DNA from: Camelus ferus
Lineage: Eukaryota
Length of the DNA: 64,000 bases
Assembly: GCF_009834535.1 (NCBI RefSeq)
Contig: NC_045707.1
Span: forward strand, 49,788,001 to 49,852,000
Reading direction: 5' to 3'
Both the position numbers and the translations under genes were made by a program. This document shows positions 23,386 to 35,976 of this stretch, one piece after another; the stretch's first letter is position 1; each line of letters begins with the position of its first letter. The notes below the pieces were generated by a model, which worked only from the letters and a program-made list of their open reading frames with translations, did no database searches and was not told the origin of the DNA.

Positions 23386-26300
23386 GCAACCATTAATTTA
23401 TAATGCTATCAGAGTAGTTTTTAAAACTGGACATCTGCTTCTGTCACCTGCTGCTTTAAACCAGACTTCTTGACATCATATTAAAGACTCTGGTCCCAGC
23501 CAACCTCATTCTTTCTCTCCAACCTCATTCCTATATCCAGCTTTCAGTTACATCCTCTACTTCAGCCACTGTGAATAACCTGTAATTTGTAGAGAGCTAG
23601 CATTTCCTCACACCTCCCTATCTTTGTATGTGTGATTCCTTCTACCTGATTTCTCCTCCTCTGCCTTCCTATGGCCAAGCTAATGTTTCAAAATTCAACT
23701 GGGGCATTGTTCCCTCTGTGAAGCTCCCACAGCACACACGCATACCTGGACTCATCACACTAAATTAGAATTGTTTTCTTCTTTATTTTTCAAAGACTGT
23801 AAACTTTGTATACCCAATATCTACAGTACTATTATGGTACCTGAAATATAGCCAGGTACTCAATTTTGAATGAACGTGAGAGATTTCTGTTAAACAAAAT
23901 ATTACCTATTCATGGGTCTATTATCTATGCATGGATCTGTTTTCCAGATAATAGCCCTAATATTTGAAGACAGCTATTATGTCTAAATATATCTTCTTAT
24001 TCTTAACATCTCCTTTAATCCACAGCCTGGCCATATTTGCCTTGGTGACTGCAAATTCTTTTTGAACAGATTTCCTGTTCAGAATACTGTTAGATCAGTT
24101 CTTATAACCCCATCTTGCTTTCTGACCATCTGTTTCCAAAAATTTTTAACACACCATCTAAAATCTATCCAATTTATTTCCTAAGAGTAAAACTAGCTAT
24201 GTTCTGAATAACTCACTTCCTCTGTCATCACTTATTCCTAAAGGTATCCCCTCCAAGAGAAAAATCACTAAAATCTCATTTTATTAAGTCATCTAATCTT
24301 TGCCTCCAAGCTTTTTTTCAAGCTACCTCCTAAGTGTGGTAATACATTTAGGTTAAACAGCTCCAGTAATGGTTGAGGGACAAGGGCAAGAGCTTACAAT
24401 GGCATCTTATCAAGAGAGTGCCTAGCTTTGATGAGCAAGAGAGGATGTTTGTCAAATTCTGTGTCTTAACTCAAAAAGTTAGCACTGCTGGAAAATCTAC
24501 CAAGCTAATAAGCGTTTTCTTTGTTTTCATGTAATTAGCTTTGAAAGATCAATCCTTGGGAAAGTCTTTTATTCCTCCTTAGAATTATTTAGGAAGGTGT
24601 TTGAAGGATCTAGAGAGAAAATCAACTAATTACCTGACCAATATATGGTACTCCTAGGACTTTCTAGGTGGAAGAGTCAGTCTGTATAGAACAATACAAG
24701 TAGATAAGCATAACTGCTTTTAAAAAAAGTTAACCCTGGTAACAAAATTACCATCAGATTTTCAGTACCTTCTCAGTTTGAGAATAGGTATGGTACGTAG
24801 GTATCTGTGATATTACTTCCTGTACTTAACCTTATGTTTAAATTTTCCATAATTCAAAATAAAACTAAAAATAACTTTTAAAAGCTATGTAGAACATTTC
24901 CCTTGCATTGCCCCACTGCTTTATTTAATTCCTTATGCATCTATTTAAGTTACAAACAACAACAACAAAAAATAAAGTTATAAACAAGAGTATATACTAT
25001 ACGTGAAATTTATTGTCAATATGAAGTATTTACCTAGGCTCTGGTGATTTTTTTCAGAATATTTACGTATTATGTCATAAGTACCAAAACTAGTCAGCTC
25101 TTCAAAAGCTGTTGTCTTTTTTTTTTTCAAATGGCACTAGAATAAACATAGGATAAGTACTTCTCTCTCCATTTTAGATGAGTGAATAGGGTTGTAAAGG
25201 ATTCACTGACTTGCTCTGTATTTTCTTGAATCACTACATCAAGTTTCCTGAAATGATAACATATTTTATAGCCTCCAGAAAGTTTCTAGTCATTAAACGT
25301 CTTCATACCTTAATTACCTCTACCATTACTGCCCATGTATAACAACTTAAATAATGACAGCATTCTGAATTTACTGATACAGTAGAATTTTTGTTTACTA
25401 TTTAGATTTCTAGATATAAATTTTAAAGCCCAGTTATTAAGATTAATTAAGAAAGAAAGTATTGTACTTCATGGTAATTTAAATTATTCTTGCCTTACAC
25501 TTTCCAATTACTGATTCATTGCTAAGTGAAGTACAGAATTGCTATTTCAGATATATATCTAGTTGGTGGTCATCAATATGTCTTTTAGAATCTTAGAAAT
25601 AATCATATAGAACATGAATTTATTTTTGAGCATGCTTTCAAAGTATCTAAAGCACTGTTTTTGGATTTTAGTGTCAGAGTGCAATAGTCTCATTATTTTG
25701 GTTAGAAATTCATTGCTTAGTCTTTGCATCTATATGGAGGATCTCATAGGCTCCATCTATAATAAGCAGCTTATCCAGTATGTTAATTTTTTAAATGCTG
25801 CTCAAAAAAAAGAGGCTGCCTTCTTCTGATAAACCCCAGACTTTAATAACATGTCCTCTGAATTAATTCTGTAAATACAGTACTAAAGTTCAGTGCAGCG
25901 ATCTGGGCTGTTTAATTAGCTCACAGCTGCACTGCTGGGATAACATTTCTGGTTGAGGAAGTAGCGTTGGTTTTCATTATTTGGGCTCTGGTTCATAGTT
26001 CAGTGGTCATTTCCAGTTTTCTTAAAGAATTGCTTGTCTTTGCTTTCAGAGAAGACCATATGCTCTGTTGCTTAATCATTACTCAGAAACACTTACTAGT
26101 GTTCTTGCCATGACAGTATAGCCATTGATTTGGCCTTAACAAAACAAATGGTGGCAATCTCCTAGACATAGAGGGATCCTGTATGATCAAAAAATTATCT
26201 GAGTTATTAGTTTAACTAGTATATAAGTCACACAGATAGAACCTAAGTCTCAACTACTTTATTATTTCAAAGCTCTTTAAACTTTTAAAATCTCCTTTTT

Positions 26301-26499
26301 AATGATGAATATGGATTATAAAATTTTAAAAATCCTTTTGAAGCTGTATACAGTTTAACTGTATTTTCAACATTGTCCAGTAAATTGTATTATTTTTACA
26401 TATACTAGAGAATATGAAGGCTTAATATAAAATGTGGCAGGTTATGTGGTAAAATGAAGAATATAAACACCTTTCATTTAGTGTCCACTAGAAAAAAAC

Positions 26500-26690
26500 T
26501 CATGATCTAATTTTATCCTCACAGCCACAATAGAATGTTGTCCCATTTTGCATAGGGGAGAGCTAAAGAATCAGAGCAGTTAAGGCATTTGCTCATGGCC
26601 ACACAGCTGGTAAATTTTGGAACTAGAATTCAAATCCAGGCATGCCTTTCACTAAAGCTCAGGCTCTTTCTAAATGTCACATTGCCTCTT
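26500..26690 (-). mobile_element. MIR SINE (paralog ~55460-55645)
   Basis: CCCATTTTGCATAG...GTTAAGGCATTTGCTCATGGCCACACAGCTGGTAA...TAGAATTCAAATCCAGG. Confidence 0.82.
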
Positions 26691-29366
26691 CCTCAAAGCC
26701 AAGTTTAAGATTCATCTTTCCCATAATAATCTTTCCAACAAATTTTAATTTTATCAGCACTAATTTATGTACTATACCATCAGATTTATGTAGTTCTTAG
26801 AATTGGTTTTCTTACTAGTCCATGACTTGTCAAGGCTAGTAGATGTGTATATTCCCTAGGTCCAGATACTGCTTCCTTTTATGCCCCACAGTAAGAAGTG
26901 CTCTGGACAAAGTATACAGTCATTTACACTGGTTATGCCAGAATGTGATTGCAGAGAGCTTTCACTTTCCACACTATACATATCTGTATTGTTTGAATTA
27001 GAAAAAATACACATACATACTTGTAGATAATTATCTATACCTAGTACTAAAAATGATAGTATATCTGGTGTTACTGTTTGACTTCTTGCATATTAAAAAA
27101 AAGGAGTTAAACAGAGGAGGCAGCTTAATTATTTTTCTGTTTATAATAGTCATGGATAAGGTTTTAAGAATCTGGGAAAAGATGACTCAGACACAGAAAT
27201 AAGAATGTGAGGCTATTAAGTACTGAGAATTTCATTTTTAAAGACATGGAGAGGAATTATAAAGGATAGTGAGAATGTATATAACAGAAAGAGGTGGCAA
27301 AACATATATAAGAGAAGCGTCAGCATGATGGGAGGAAAGAAAGACTCTTTATACTTAAGAAAATGAGAGAAGTAAAAACATTACAATCTTTAGTTAGAAT
27401 AGGACTACCTCAAAAAACAGTAAAAGGAATATGGAAGGCCATAAATGCATGCTATGATATCAGTAGAATCCTGGTAGCTCAAAGAGATTTAACATGACCA
27501 AGCCAAAATGATGACATTTTCATCCTTTTTGGTAGATATTTAGTGTGGACGTGTTCTTGCTGTCCTATAAACAAGGCACTACTACTTGGGAAAATTAATT
27601 TTTGCTGTGATAAATTCTTTGATGGTGGAGTGGCTTCATACAATTTATGCTGAAACAACGAATTTACCAAGTATAAAAATTAAATTAAAAAAATAGATGA
27701 ATAAAGTAAGAACTGACTTGAAAATGGCCAAACACACTTTACTCAATGCAGGGATTGTGTGATGGTAACAGAGCATTAGAAAGAGACTAGAATTTGGAAC
27801 CGAGAAAGCCAGAGTGCAGGGGAGGTTAGTCTTGACAAGGCAAGGGACTTAGCCATCAGGACATTTTTTTTTTTTAAGAAATAGGCAGCCTTAAAGTTCA
27901 AGATGAGCCCATGAGGTCAGAAACTAAGCAACAAGCAAGCAGAAGTGAGCATAAATAGATGTGAGAAGTCAGTCTAATCATTGGGTCAGAAACTGAGGAG
28001 GCGATCAGAAGATGTAGAGGACACAGTTATTGGAGTTCAGAGAGCTATGGACAAAGAGTGGTTACTAGTATGGTTACTGGCAAAGAGTGAGAACCTGGGG
28101 GCCATAGATTTCAGAAGAGAAAGGTAAAGCAGATAGCCAGAACTTGCCTGGTGGTCTGGAACCAGAAAATTCCTAACAACTGGGTGAGTAGAGTAAGCAT
28201 AACACTTTGATTATGTGAAAAGCTGTCTCCAGAAGTTTCTCTATCATTATCATAAAGACATTTCTTAAAGAAATCAGTATTTCTAGGTCTCAAAGTGTAG
28301 AAATAGGAAGATGCACCTGAGCAGACACAGCTTACTGTCAGGTTTTCATGATGATAATCATTTGGTAATTTTATCTACAATATTTCAAAGTTGGTGTACC
28401 CTCCCTGTCTCTGCTACAAAGTGACTCCTTATCTGTCATCTCAGCCCCCTGTCACTAGAAAATCATCTGAACTATTTCTCTTGTAACTATGATTTACTAT
28501 TGTGTTTTCCCTTTCAATTCACTTACTTGATTATTCGTATTCTGATGACATTTTCCCACCTGTTAGGTGATGCCCTCAACTTAACTAAATGAGGTATTTT
28601 ACTTGAACGACTAGTTTCAACTATGAGCCAGTGAATCCCCAATACCTATTCCTGAATAACATCTGAAGCAGATTCTGTAACTTTCTGGGAACTTTTGACT
28701 ATGAAAACTTTGTAAAAAGATTTCCCCTCCCCCTCACTGTCTCTGTGTACTTTTTCTCCCTCCCTCCCTCCCCTCTCAGAGTTATGACTCTTCCAATATT
28801 AAGGACAGAGAGGATGGAGGAGGGGAAAAGGGCAAAATCTCTTTTCTTGGCTAGATTCCACTGCAAGCCCCTTTGAAAGTTGATGCCTTCAGCATGGCAG
28901 ACATCCAAATACTGAATCTCTTGTAGGTACACGTGGGAACGTTTGGAAGAGCCCAGCGGGGCCATTGATAGGAACTGGTACCGATACACCACTAGCTAGA
29001 AGGCAGGATTCTGGCTTGACACGGGGTTCAGTTCTAGCTTCCTGCCTCCCTGAGGTCTAGCCACATCTTCTATCATTAAAACTCCAAGCTTGTAGGTTTA
29101 TGATTTATTTCCTGGTTCGGTAATCCCCTGAGCTGGTATCTGCTTACTGCACCCTGACTGTTCTACTTTTGAGTTCTCTATTTCCACTACTGCAGATTTT
29201 TTCTTTGTTTGCACTTAGCTGTATATTAATACTATTTGCTATGTGTTTCCTAGTGTTTACACACCACACATACACATGCATTTGGGGAGTGGGGTTGCAT
29301 AATGCAGTAGATCTGAAGAAGGATTCTAATATGTGAATTCTGAAAAATGCTCACCGAATGAGTCTG

Positions 29367-29759
29367 TGTTATGGATGGAATTGTATCCTCCCCAACCAAA
29401 ATTCATATGTTGAAGCTGTAACCCCCAATGTAGATATAGGGCATTTGTGGAGGTAATTAAGTGTTAAATAAGATCATAAGGGTGGGGGCCTCATCCCACA
29501 GGTCTGGGGTCATTATAAGAAGAGGAAGAGACACAAGAGATCCTTTTCCTCCATGCACGCACACAGAGGAAAGGTCATGCGAGGACACAGCAAGAAGGTA
29601 GCTGCCTGCAAACCAGGAAGAAAGGACTCGCCAGAAACCAACCTTTACGGCACCTTGACCTTGGACTTCTAACCTGTGAACTGGATGAATGTAAACTTCT
29701 GTTCCTTAAGCCATCCAGCCTGTGGCATTTTATTACAGCAGCCCTAGCAGACTAATACA
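29367..29759 (+). mobile_element. Solo MLT1B/C-like MaLR LTR (copy 1)
   Basis: TGTTATGGATGGAATTGTATCC...AATTCATATGTTGAAG...GCCCTAGCAGACTAATACA; flanks GTCTG / GGCTG. Confidence 0.92.
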
Positions 29760-30326
29760 GGCTGATTATCAGTGCCCATGTCCATGCCTACTGAGGAGCT
29801 CTGCACCAGACCCCCTTGAACTCTTAACAACTGTAACCACAGTGGGAAACCCCAACTCTGAGTCACCAGAGAATATTGTGTGGACCTATATGGCTATAAA
29901 ATTGTACTCTAAATTTGCCTGGGCCTTGGATAACATTTTCTTTGCTCTTGCTCATCCTTCAGTTTCTTTAATCAACCCATTCCATTCCTTACTTAGCCTT
30001 ACTCCGTTTTGGCTGATGAGTATAGGAACTGCTGTTATATTAGGAATATTGAGATGACATTTTTGAGCCTATGTTATCCTTCCTCTAAACTTAAACTTTT
30101 TTTTTCCTTTTTCTTCTATATCAGAAAAGAGGTGTTCCTCTTTCTTTTCAAGGTGAATCCCCTCTGTTTAAGATCCTCCCTTCTCCTGACCTCTGCACAT
30201 GCTGCCCAGCATTTTCAGCTTCCCTCCTTTGACCCCTTCCTCTCTGCCATCAAAAATGCATAAATCAAAAAACTGACTTTCAGTGAACTGGTTTTTGATG
30301 TCTGGTAAATTGGCTTTTTTCCAATA

Positions 30327-30533
30327 CAACTGATCCTTGAACAACCGAAGTCTGGGTCCACCTGTATGTGGATTTTTTTCAGTACCATTTTTTCTGTACC
30401 ATTCTCAGTTGGTTGAATCCAAGGATTCAGAACCTCTTGTGCAGAGGGAGGGCTGATTGTAAAGTTATAGGCAGATTTTCAGCTGCCAGGAGGGTGGCCA
30501 CCCCTAAACCCTGTGTTGTTCAAGGGTCAACTG
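30327..30533. mobile_element. Tigger-family MITE (MER8/MER2/Tigger3-like); paralog ~59279-59485
   Basis: TIRs CAACTGATCCTTGAACAAC / GTTGTTCAAGGGTCAACTG with TA on both sides. Confidence 0.9.
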
Positions 30534-33500
30534 TATTTCTATCTGGAAGAAAAAAAATGACCCTGAAAGGAGTTACCTCAGGTCACAAGAATAAAAGAAC
30601 ATGGCAGTGGATATAAATATAGAATTCATCATTGAAGAGGTGATAGTTCATTTATTTATTCATATCAAACTAATTTAATTTTAAGCACCCATTATGTGCC
30701 AGATCTTATTAGAGGTGGCATGTAGTAAGTGTTAATAAATGTTTCTTTGTGTAAAAAAATAGATGAATTACTACCTTGATGATAATGCCTCCTAAATAGA
30801 TATATTTCATGTTTTCTTTCCGTAGTAAGCTGAGAGGATATTTGTCAAGATCAACAAATGATTAATGAATAAATTAATGAATAACACTATCCTTATCCTC
30901 AAGGGGCCAAAGTCATGAAAATGGATGAACTTTATGAAAGTTAAGATAGAAAGAAATGCTCAAGTGTAAGAACTTTATTGGAAATAGCCAAGGAAAGAGA
31001 AAGAAGAACCAGTGAAGAACACAAGAGAATATCAGGACAAAGGAGGGAAAGAGACCATGGAGTGTGTCAGTTACCTAAAGGCACCATAAAAACTGGAGCT
31101 TTTCTAGCTCCACTCTAAATGGTCCAAATCAGAAGCTCTGCTGCTGTGGCCCCAGGAGTGTGTGTTGCTAAGCTCACACTGGTAATTCTGCACATTCCTA
31201 ATATCTTGAAAAACAGAGAAGTTTCAAAGGAAAGGTGGAAAAATTATATAAAAATATAAGCACTAAAAAATCTGAAAAACATAAAGTGTACCACAAATGT
31301 GAGAAAATCCTTCTGATTTTCCTATTTTTAGCATAAAAAGATACTGACATAAGCATACACCAGGGATGGTGGAACAGAAAGCCATAAGCCTGGATTCTTG
31401 ATGGCTATGTTCAGCAGCTAAATCAATCATACCATCACCTACTTCTGAACTTCTGTTATGAGAATAACTCCCTATTCATTAAAATAAAGTAAGTAGGGTA
31501 AAAATGTACATTATTGTTTACAGTGCATTTACTTTGTAATAAGGGGTAAAGAATGAATGCTTAAGAATAATAACAGTTATTGAGCATTTACTACACACCA
31601 AGTGTTCTGTTCAGAGTTTTGTATAAACAACTCACCAAAACCTCACAACAACCTCCTATTAGTGGGAAAATACATGAGTTACTCATGGAGGTGAAGGATA
31701 ACAAAGGTAGTAAATATATGTTTCATAGATCATGAAAGGATAGGAAAATGGATGTGGGAAACTTGCTAATTCTCAGGTACATCTGGCATTTCTCCTGCCC
31801 ATCTTTTGCATTAATTTAAATCTTATATCTGTTTTGTGGCACTAGTCAAACCCACATCCTCCTTTAGGAAATCTTCCTTAACAACATTTAAATAACATCT
31901 TTCCCTTTTTTTGATTCTCTGGAATTTAGATTTAGAGCCATGACCCTATGACCTAGATTATACAACATTTGGTGGTAGAAAAAAATGCCTTAGACCTAGA
32001 AGAGTACAGGATGTTAAATAATTCCTGTCAAATGATGACATTTAACCGTTTTACATTTTTCACTTATAAAAATTTTCCATTATGTGACTTGAAAATTCTT
32101 ATTTTAGGTTTACCTGTAATCATCTTAATTTAAGTCAGCAAATGTAGTTAATTGGTTACTAATAGATAACAGTTCTCGTGGTTTTCAGCTAAGTTATGTT
32201 TCTCTTCACATCTTTCTCTGGTGATCCAGGTTAATGGAAATTTGAGAATATACGTAACTGCTCTTTATGAAGCATTAAATATTTTTCTTCTTTTGCCTCC
32301 CTACACAAGTCAGTTCTCTTTAGCTTCCTGCAGTGATTAGAACTGACACATTCACATATGTATAAATGCATATTTTGGAAAATACGGTTTTAAAAATATT
32401 TTGCTGTTGGTATGTCTCTATTTTGTACTATTGCTAGAGGAATGTGACAGAATTCTTGAGGAAATAAAGATCCCAGTGTTTCCCTTTACACTTAATTACA
32501 CTGAGAATTTTAGAAAGCTATCTCCATGAGTTATACAGGACTAGTTCATATTGAATTTATCAGCTTATCAGAAAAGATGTCAGTAGTTTAGATTTATGCC
32601 CCTAAAAGGAATATACTTTAATAGTTTGCAAAATACATTACTCTGAATACATGGCCTATCTTCAAACAATGTTAACATCCCAAAGAGTAACTTGCCATAG
32701 TATTTAAATACGTTTATAAATTTGCATTGGAACTAAAAAAGATGTTCAAAACTTATTAAAATACATTTATAAGATTAAATATTTAAAAATAAATTGAATT
32801 ATTATTATTATGCAGTGATATATCACTGGATCAATTAAATCCATGGAATAAGTAAGTTCTAAGATTAAAAGGATTTGGTTTTATCATATACAGTGGCATC
32901 TTAAAATTTAAGTAGTTTCATTTTTTTAGGAAATGCTAATTAAGCAATCAAATATTTTCTTGATTTTTACAATTAAAAATATGCCATTAAGATTTCAGTG
33001 CTAAACTTCTGGGAGAAAAAAATGAGTTTCCTAATGTAATGTGTACAGTTATTTATATATTGCTTTCTATTTGAAGAATGAAAATATAAAAATCAAACTA
33101 CACAGTACAATCATCTTGACTATGAGCAAAAATATCTTACTATATGTGACTCACATTTCATTATAATGCATATAAATATGTTCTGGGATATATGTGTATA
33201 TAATCTACATAAATAAAAACTCTATTGAAATCATGTTCTGAAATGAAGATGCTGAGTAATTTTTCATGACCACAACACTTTAAGAGAGTATACTTTATTA
33301 TTTGGAACTTCAATAAACCCACAAAGTGAACAGATTCTAGTTTAATCTATTATCCATTTTGCTAGTGCACTATAGCAATGAGTCATATATTACTTTAATG
33401 TCAAATTCTTGATTAAAGTAGAATACATAATTCAATTTTCTACTGCGACTTCCTTGGAGGAAAAGTTGGACGAGAGCCAGTGATTCTTAAATGTCTCTAA

Positions 33501-34830
33501 GCCGTTTCGAAAAGTTAATCTGTTCCTCTATTAAGAAGTTTTGAAATAGTGTCAGGAAGGGCTATTGTACCCACCAACCAATTTCTTAACAGTGATTAAA
33601 GAGGAAAAATGGTGCTATCTTGCCCGGTGCTAATTTTGCAGCTCAAAAGGTTGGTAGTGCTTGACCTGGTAAGACACATAAGTTGATAAATATATGTTTT
33701 TTTCAACAGGGTTAACTTTAAATTTTTTTCTTTTTAAACTTTTTACATATTTTGCTTCTAATCATTCCAAAATATTTTAATATAAACACTACCAGAGTGA
33801 ACCTACATAATAAAGTCCTTCGCATCGCCTGTTTGCTTTTAGGAAGACGTTACTAACATTAATTTTTCCAGTCCTGGAGTTAAGAGAAAGGAGGAGCCTC
33901 TGCAGAGCTTATCTTTTGTTCTGATGAAGTGGTACTGAAAACACTGACAAGGTCTCTCCAAGAGCTGCGAGGGTTAGTTCAGAGATAAGACGAAGATGGA
34001 GCACGATGTCATAGGTAAGACGAATCTTTACACACGTATGTATGCGTGTGAAGGAAAAACTGTTTTGTCACTCCAGCGGTTTTTTATTAACTGCAAAGTC
34101 TATTGAAGGTTGGGGCAAAGCCGGTCACCTTTCAGCGTATCAGTCTTGGCACGTTACCCTGTGTTTCGTTTTGTTTTCATTTTCTTTTCATCCCAGGAAA
34201 GGTGCTCGTTCGAGATGCTACAAGTGAACTAAAAGAGCCAACAGCTTGGCATAGGTAGAAAAAGCAAACTCAAAACGAAAACCGGGGGACTGTGAGCGCG
34301 GATCCTGAGGGGCCTGCCTGCACCGGCCCAACGCCTGCGTTAACCCTTTAGGCGCTGCAACGGGAATCCCCGGAGTCTACAGGCCGACTAGCAGGAACAG
34401 AGATGGGGAGCCGAGGCCCGTTGGGGGTGTGGGCTGTCCTCCCCAAGGAGGCACTTCTGTCGTCCGGCGCCTGGTCAGGGCCCAGCATAGGCACCGAGTC
34501 CGTACGGAGTGGAGCAGAGATGCCGCGAGGAACCACTCAACTGTCCGCAGACGCGGGCGTCAGCTTAACCTGTCCTCGCCAGGAGTGCTCGCTCGCCGAG
34601 TCCACCCGCCCAGTTCCGGGGCTCTGGAGGGGCGCAGGCCCGGGGGTGGCTCGGACGGGGCCCCAGGTGAAGGGCGCTCGAGTTCGCCTGCGGCAGTCAT
34701 CGCTCTCCAGCCTCCACAGTCGCGGGAGCCGCCCGGACCCGCACCGAAACAGCAGCTGTGACTGACGAAGTCACCGCCCGGCGCGACCGAGCCACCCCCT
34801 CCTCCCCCGCCGCCCCCCCCCCGCCCCGAT

Positions 34831-34870
34831 ACGTCATGGAAACACGGACGTCAGAGCCTCTCAGCCAATC
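34831..34870 (+). promoter_or_regulatory. CRE/ATF-like sites plus CCAAT (NF-Y) box
   Basis: ACGTCA 34831-34836, GACGTCA 34847-34853 and AGCCAATC (CCAAT 34865-34869), next to GC boxes within the CpG island. Confidence 0.6.
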
Positions 34871-35176
34871 CCTGGCAGCGGCCGGAGGAAAGGGGCGAGC
34901 GGGAGGGGGCGGGGGCAGCGGCCGGCCGAGGCGTTCGGCGAAGGAAGAGAGGGAGGGGCGCGCAGAGGCGCGGGTCCCCCGCCCCTCACTCGGGCCACCC
35001 TTTCCCCACCCCGCGGCAAGTTCTAATCGCCGGGGGCGCGCTCGACAGCCGGCGGCGCGCTCGCCGGGTCCTCCCCTTAAACGTCCTCTCCGCGCCGCTC
35101 GGCTCCTAGTCTCCGTCCTAGCCGCGCTTCCTCCGCGCGCGCGTGCCTGCCCGCCCCCAGGCTCCCCGCGAGCCGC

Positions 35177-35186
35177 GTCACGTGAT
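35177..35186. promoter_or_regulatory. Extended E-box GTCACGTGAT (USF / MiT-TFE CLEAR-like)
   Basis: TCACGTGA palindrome inside CGCG-TCACGTGA-T-CGCG, just 5' of the GGC-rich putative first exon. Confidence 0.65.
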
Positions 35187-35189
35187 CGC

Positions 35190-35319
35190 GCCTAGCCAAG
35201 GCGGCAGCGGCGGGCGGCGCGAGCTTCGGCGGCGGCGGCGGCAGTGGCAGTTGCTGAGCCGCCAGCGTGGAGCGGGAGGCGTGAGGGTGTGGAGAAAAGG
35301 GAGCGCCAGACCGGAACGG
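35190..35319 (+). other. Putative non-coding first exon (start approximate)
   Basis: GGC-repeat-rich, 5'UTR-like sequence downstream of the E-box, ending at the candidate donor CGG|GTGAGA (GT at 35320-35321). Confidence 0.45.
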
Positions 35320-35664
35320 GTGAGAGTTCTCCTCCCCTGTCTCCCCCGGCAATCTTGCGGGCTACCCGGTGCAAACGGGGCCCCTGCCCGAAGCTTCGCG
35401 AAGCCCCCCTTGTGCTCGACCGTCCGCTTCCCGAGGGCCGCGGGCCTCGCCTGGGGCGGACCGGGCTGCGGTGCTCACGAAGGGCTGCACCCCGCCCGCT
35501 GCTGCTGTTGCGGACGGGCGGCGTGAGGCCGGTTGGAGCTGCCGTGGTGAGCGCGGGCGCGCCCTGTTTGCGGCTCTGCGGAGCCTAGGAGGCGGGGTCC
35601 TGCGGGGACGCGGGCGGCTACTCGGCAGCTGCCGGGCTCTGGGCGGGGGCCGGGCCGGGCGCCG

Positions 35665-35712
35665 CCTCCTCCTCCTCCTCCTCCGCCTCCGCCGCCGCCG
35701 CCGCCGCCGCCG
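35665..35712 (+). repeat. (CCT)6 CCG CCT (CCG)8 trinucleotide tract
   Basis: Read directly; followed by the candidate donor AGC|GTGAGT at 35737. Confidence 0.95.
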
Positions 35713-35951
35713 CGCCGCGCCTCCTCGCAGTGCAGCGTGAGTAGGGAGCACCCGGCTGGTGGACGCCGAGCCTCTCGGCTCCACGGCCGCCTCATCCTCG
35801 AGGTGCAACCGAACCTCCGCGTGGCTCCCGGAGTCCTGCGAGCCTCCTTCCGACGCGCGGAGGACCGATCCCCCCCTTCTCTGCGCTTCCCGCTGTCCTC
35901 ACCGCCCCCTCTCCCGACCCTCCTGCAGCCTCCCCTTCTTTTCCTCCTCAG

Positions 35952-35976
35952 AAAATGGTTCCTGCTGCCGGGCGAG
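35952..35976 (+). other. Putative 25-nt exon (or 3' end of a first exon) carrying a strong-context ATG (MVPAAGR...)
   Basis: Polypyrimidine tract and CAG end at 35951; AAAATGG Kozak context (ATG 35955); consensus donor GAG|GTGAGT (GT at 35977). Confidence 0.5.

Larger units (their letters stand above)
19646..35046 (+). repeat. Segmental/tandem duplication, copy 1 (portion alignable within the window)
   Basis: Colinear match to 48536-64000 from TAGTGGGGGGTTGTCAACATAATT to ...GGGGGCGCGCTCGAC; the offset drifts from 28890 to 28954. Identical ORF-track entries occur at 34042/62993, 34348/63299 and 34403/63354. Confidence 0.98.

Noticed and set aside
29722..30616. ORFs conserved between the two copies (29722/58683, 30009/58961, 30368/59314)
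   Set aside because: Conservation only reflects ~97% DNA identity. Two of the three overlap MLT1 or Tigger repeats, and the copies differ in ORF ends and by many amino-acid changes.
35955..35976. MVPAAGR matches the N-terminus of TXNDC15 as I recall it
   Set aside because: Only 7 residues match. The signal-peptide sequence that should follow is absent and a splice donor follows instead, so no gene symbol is assigned.
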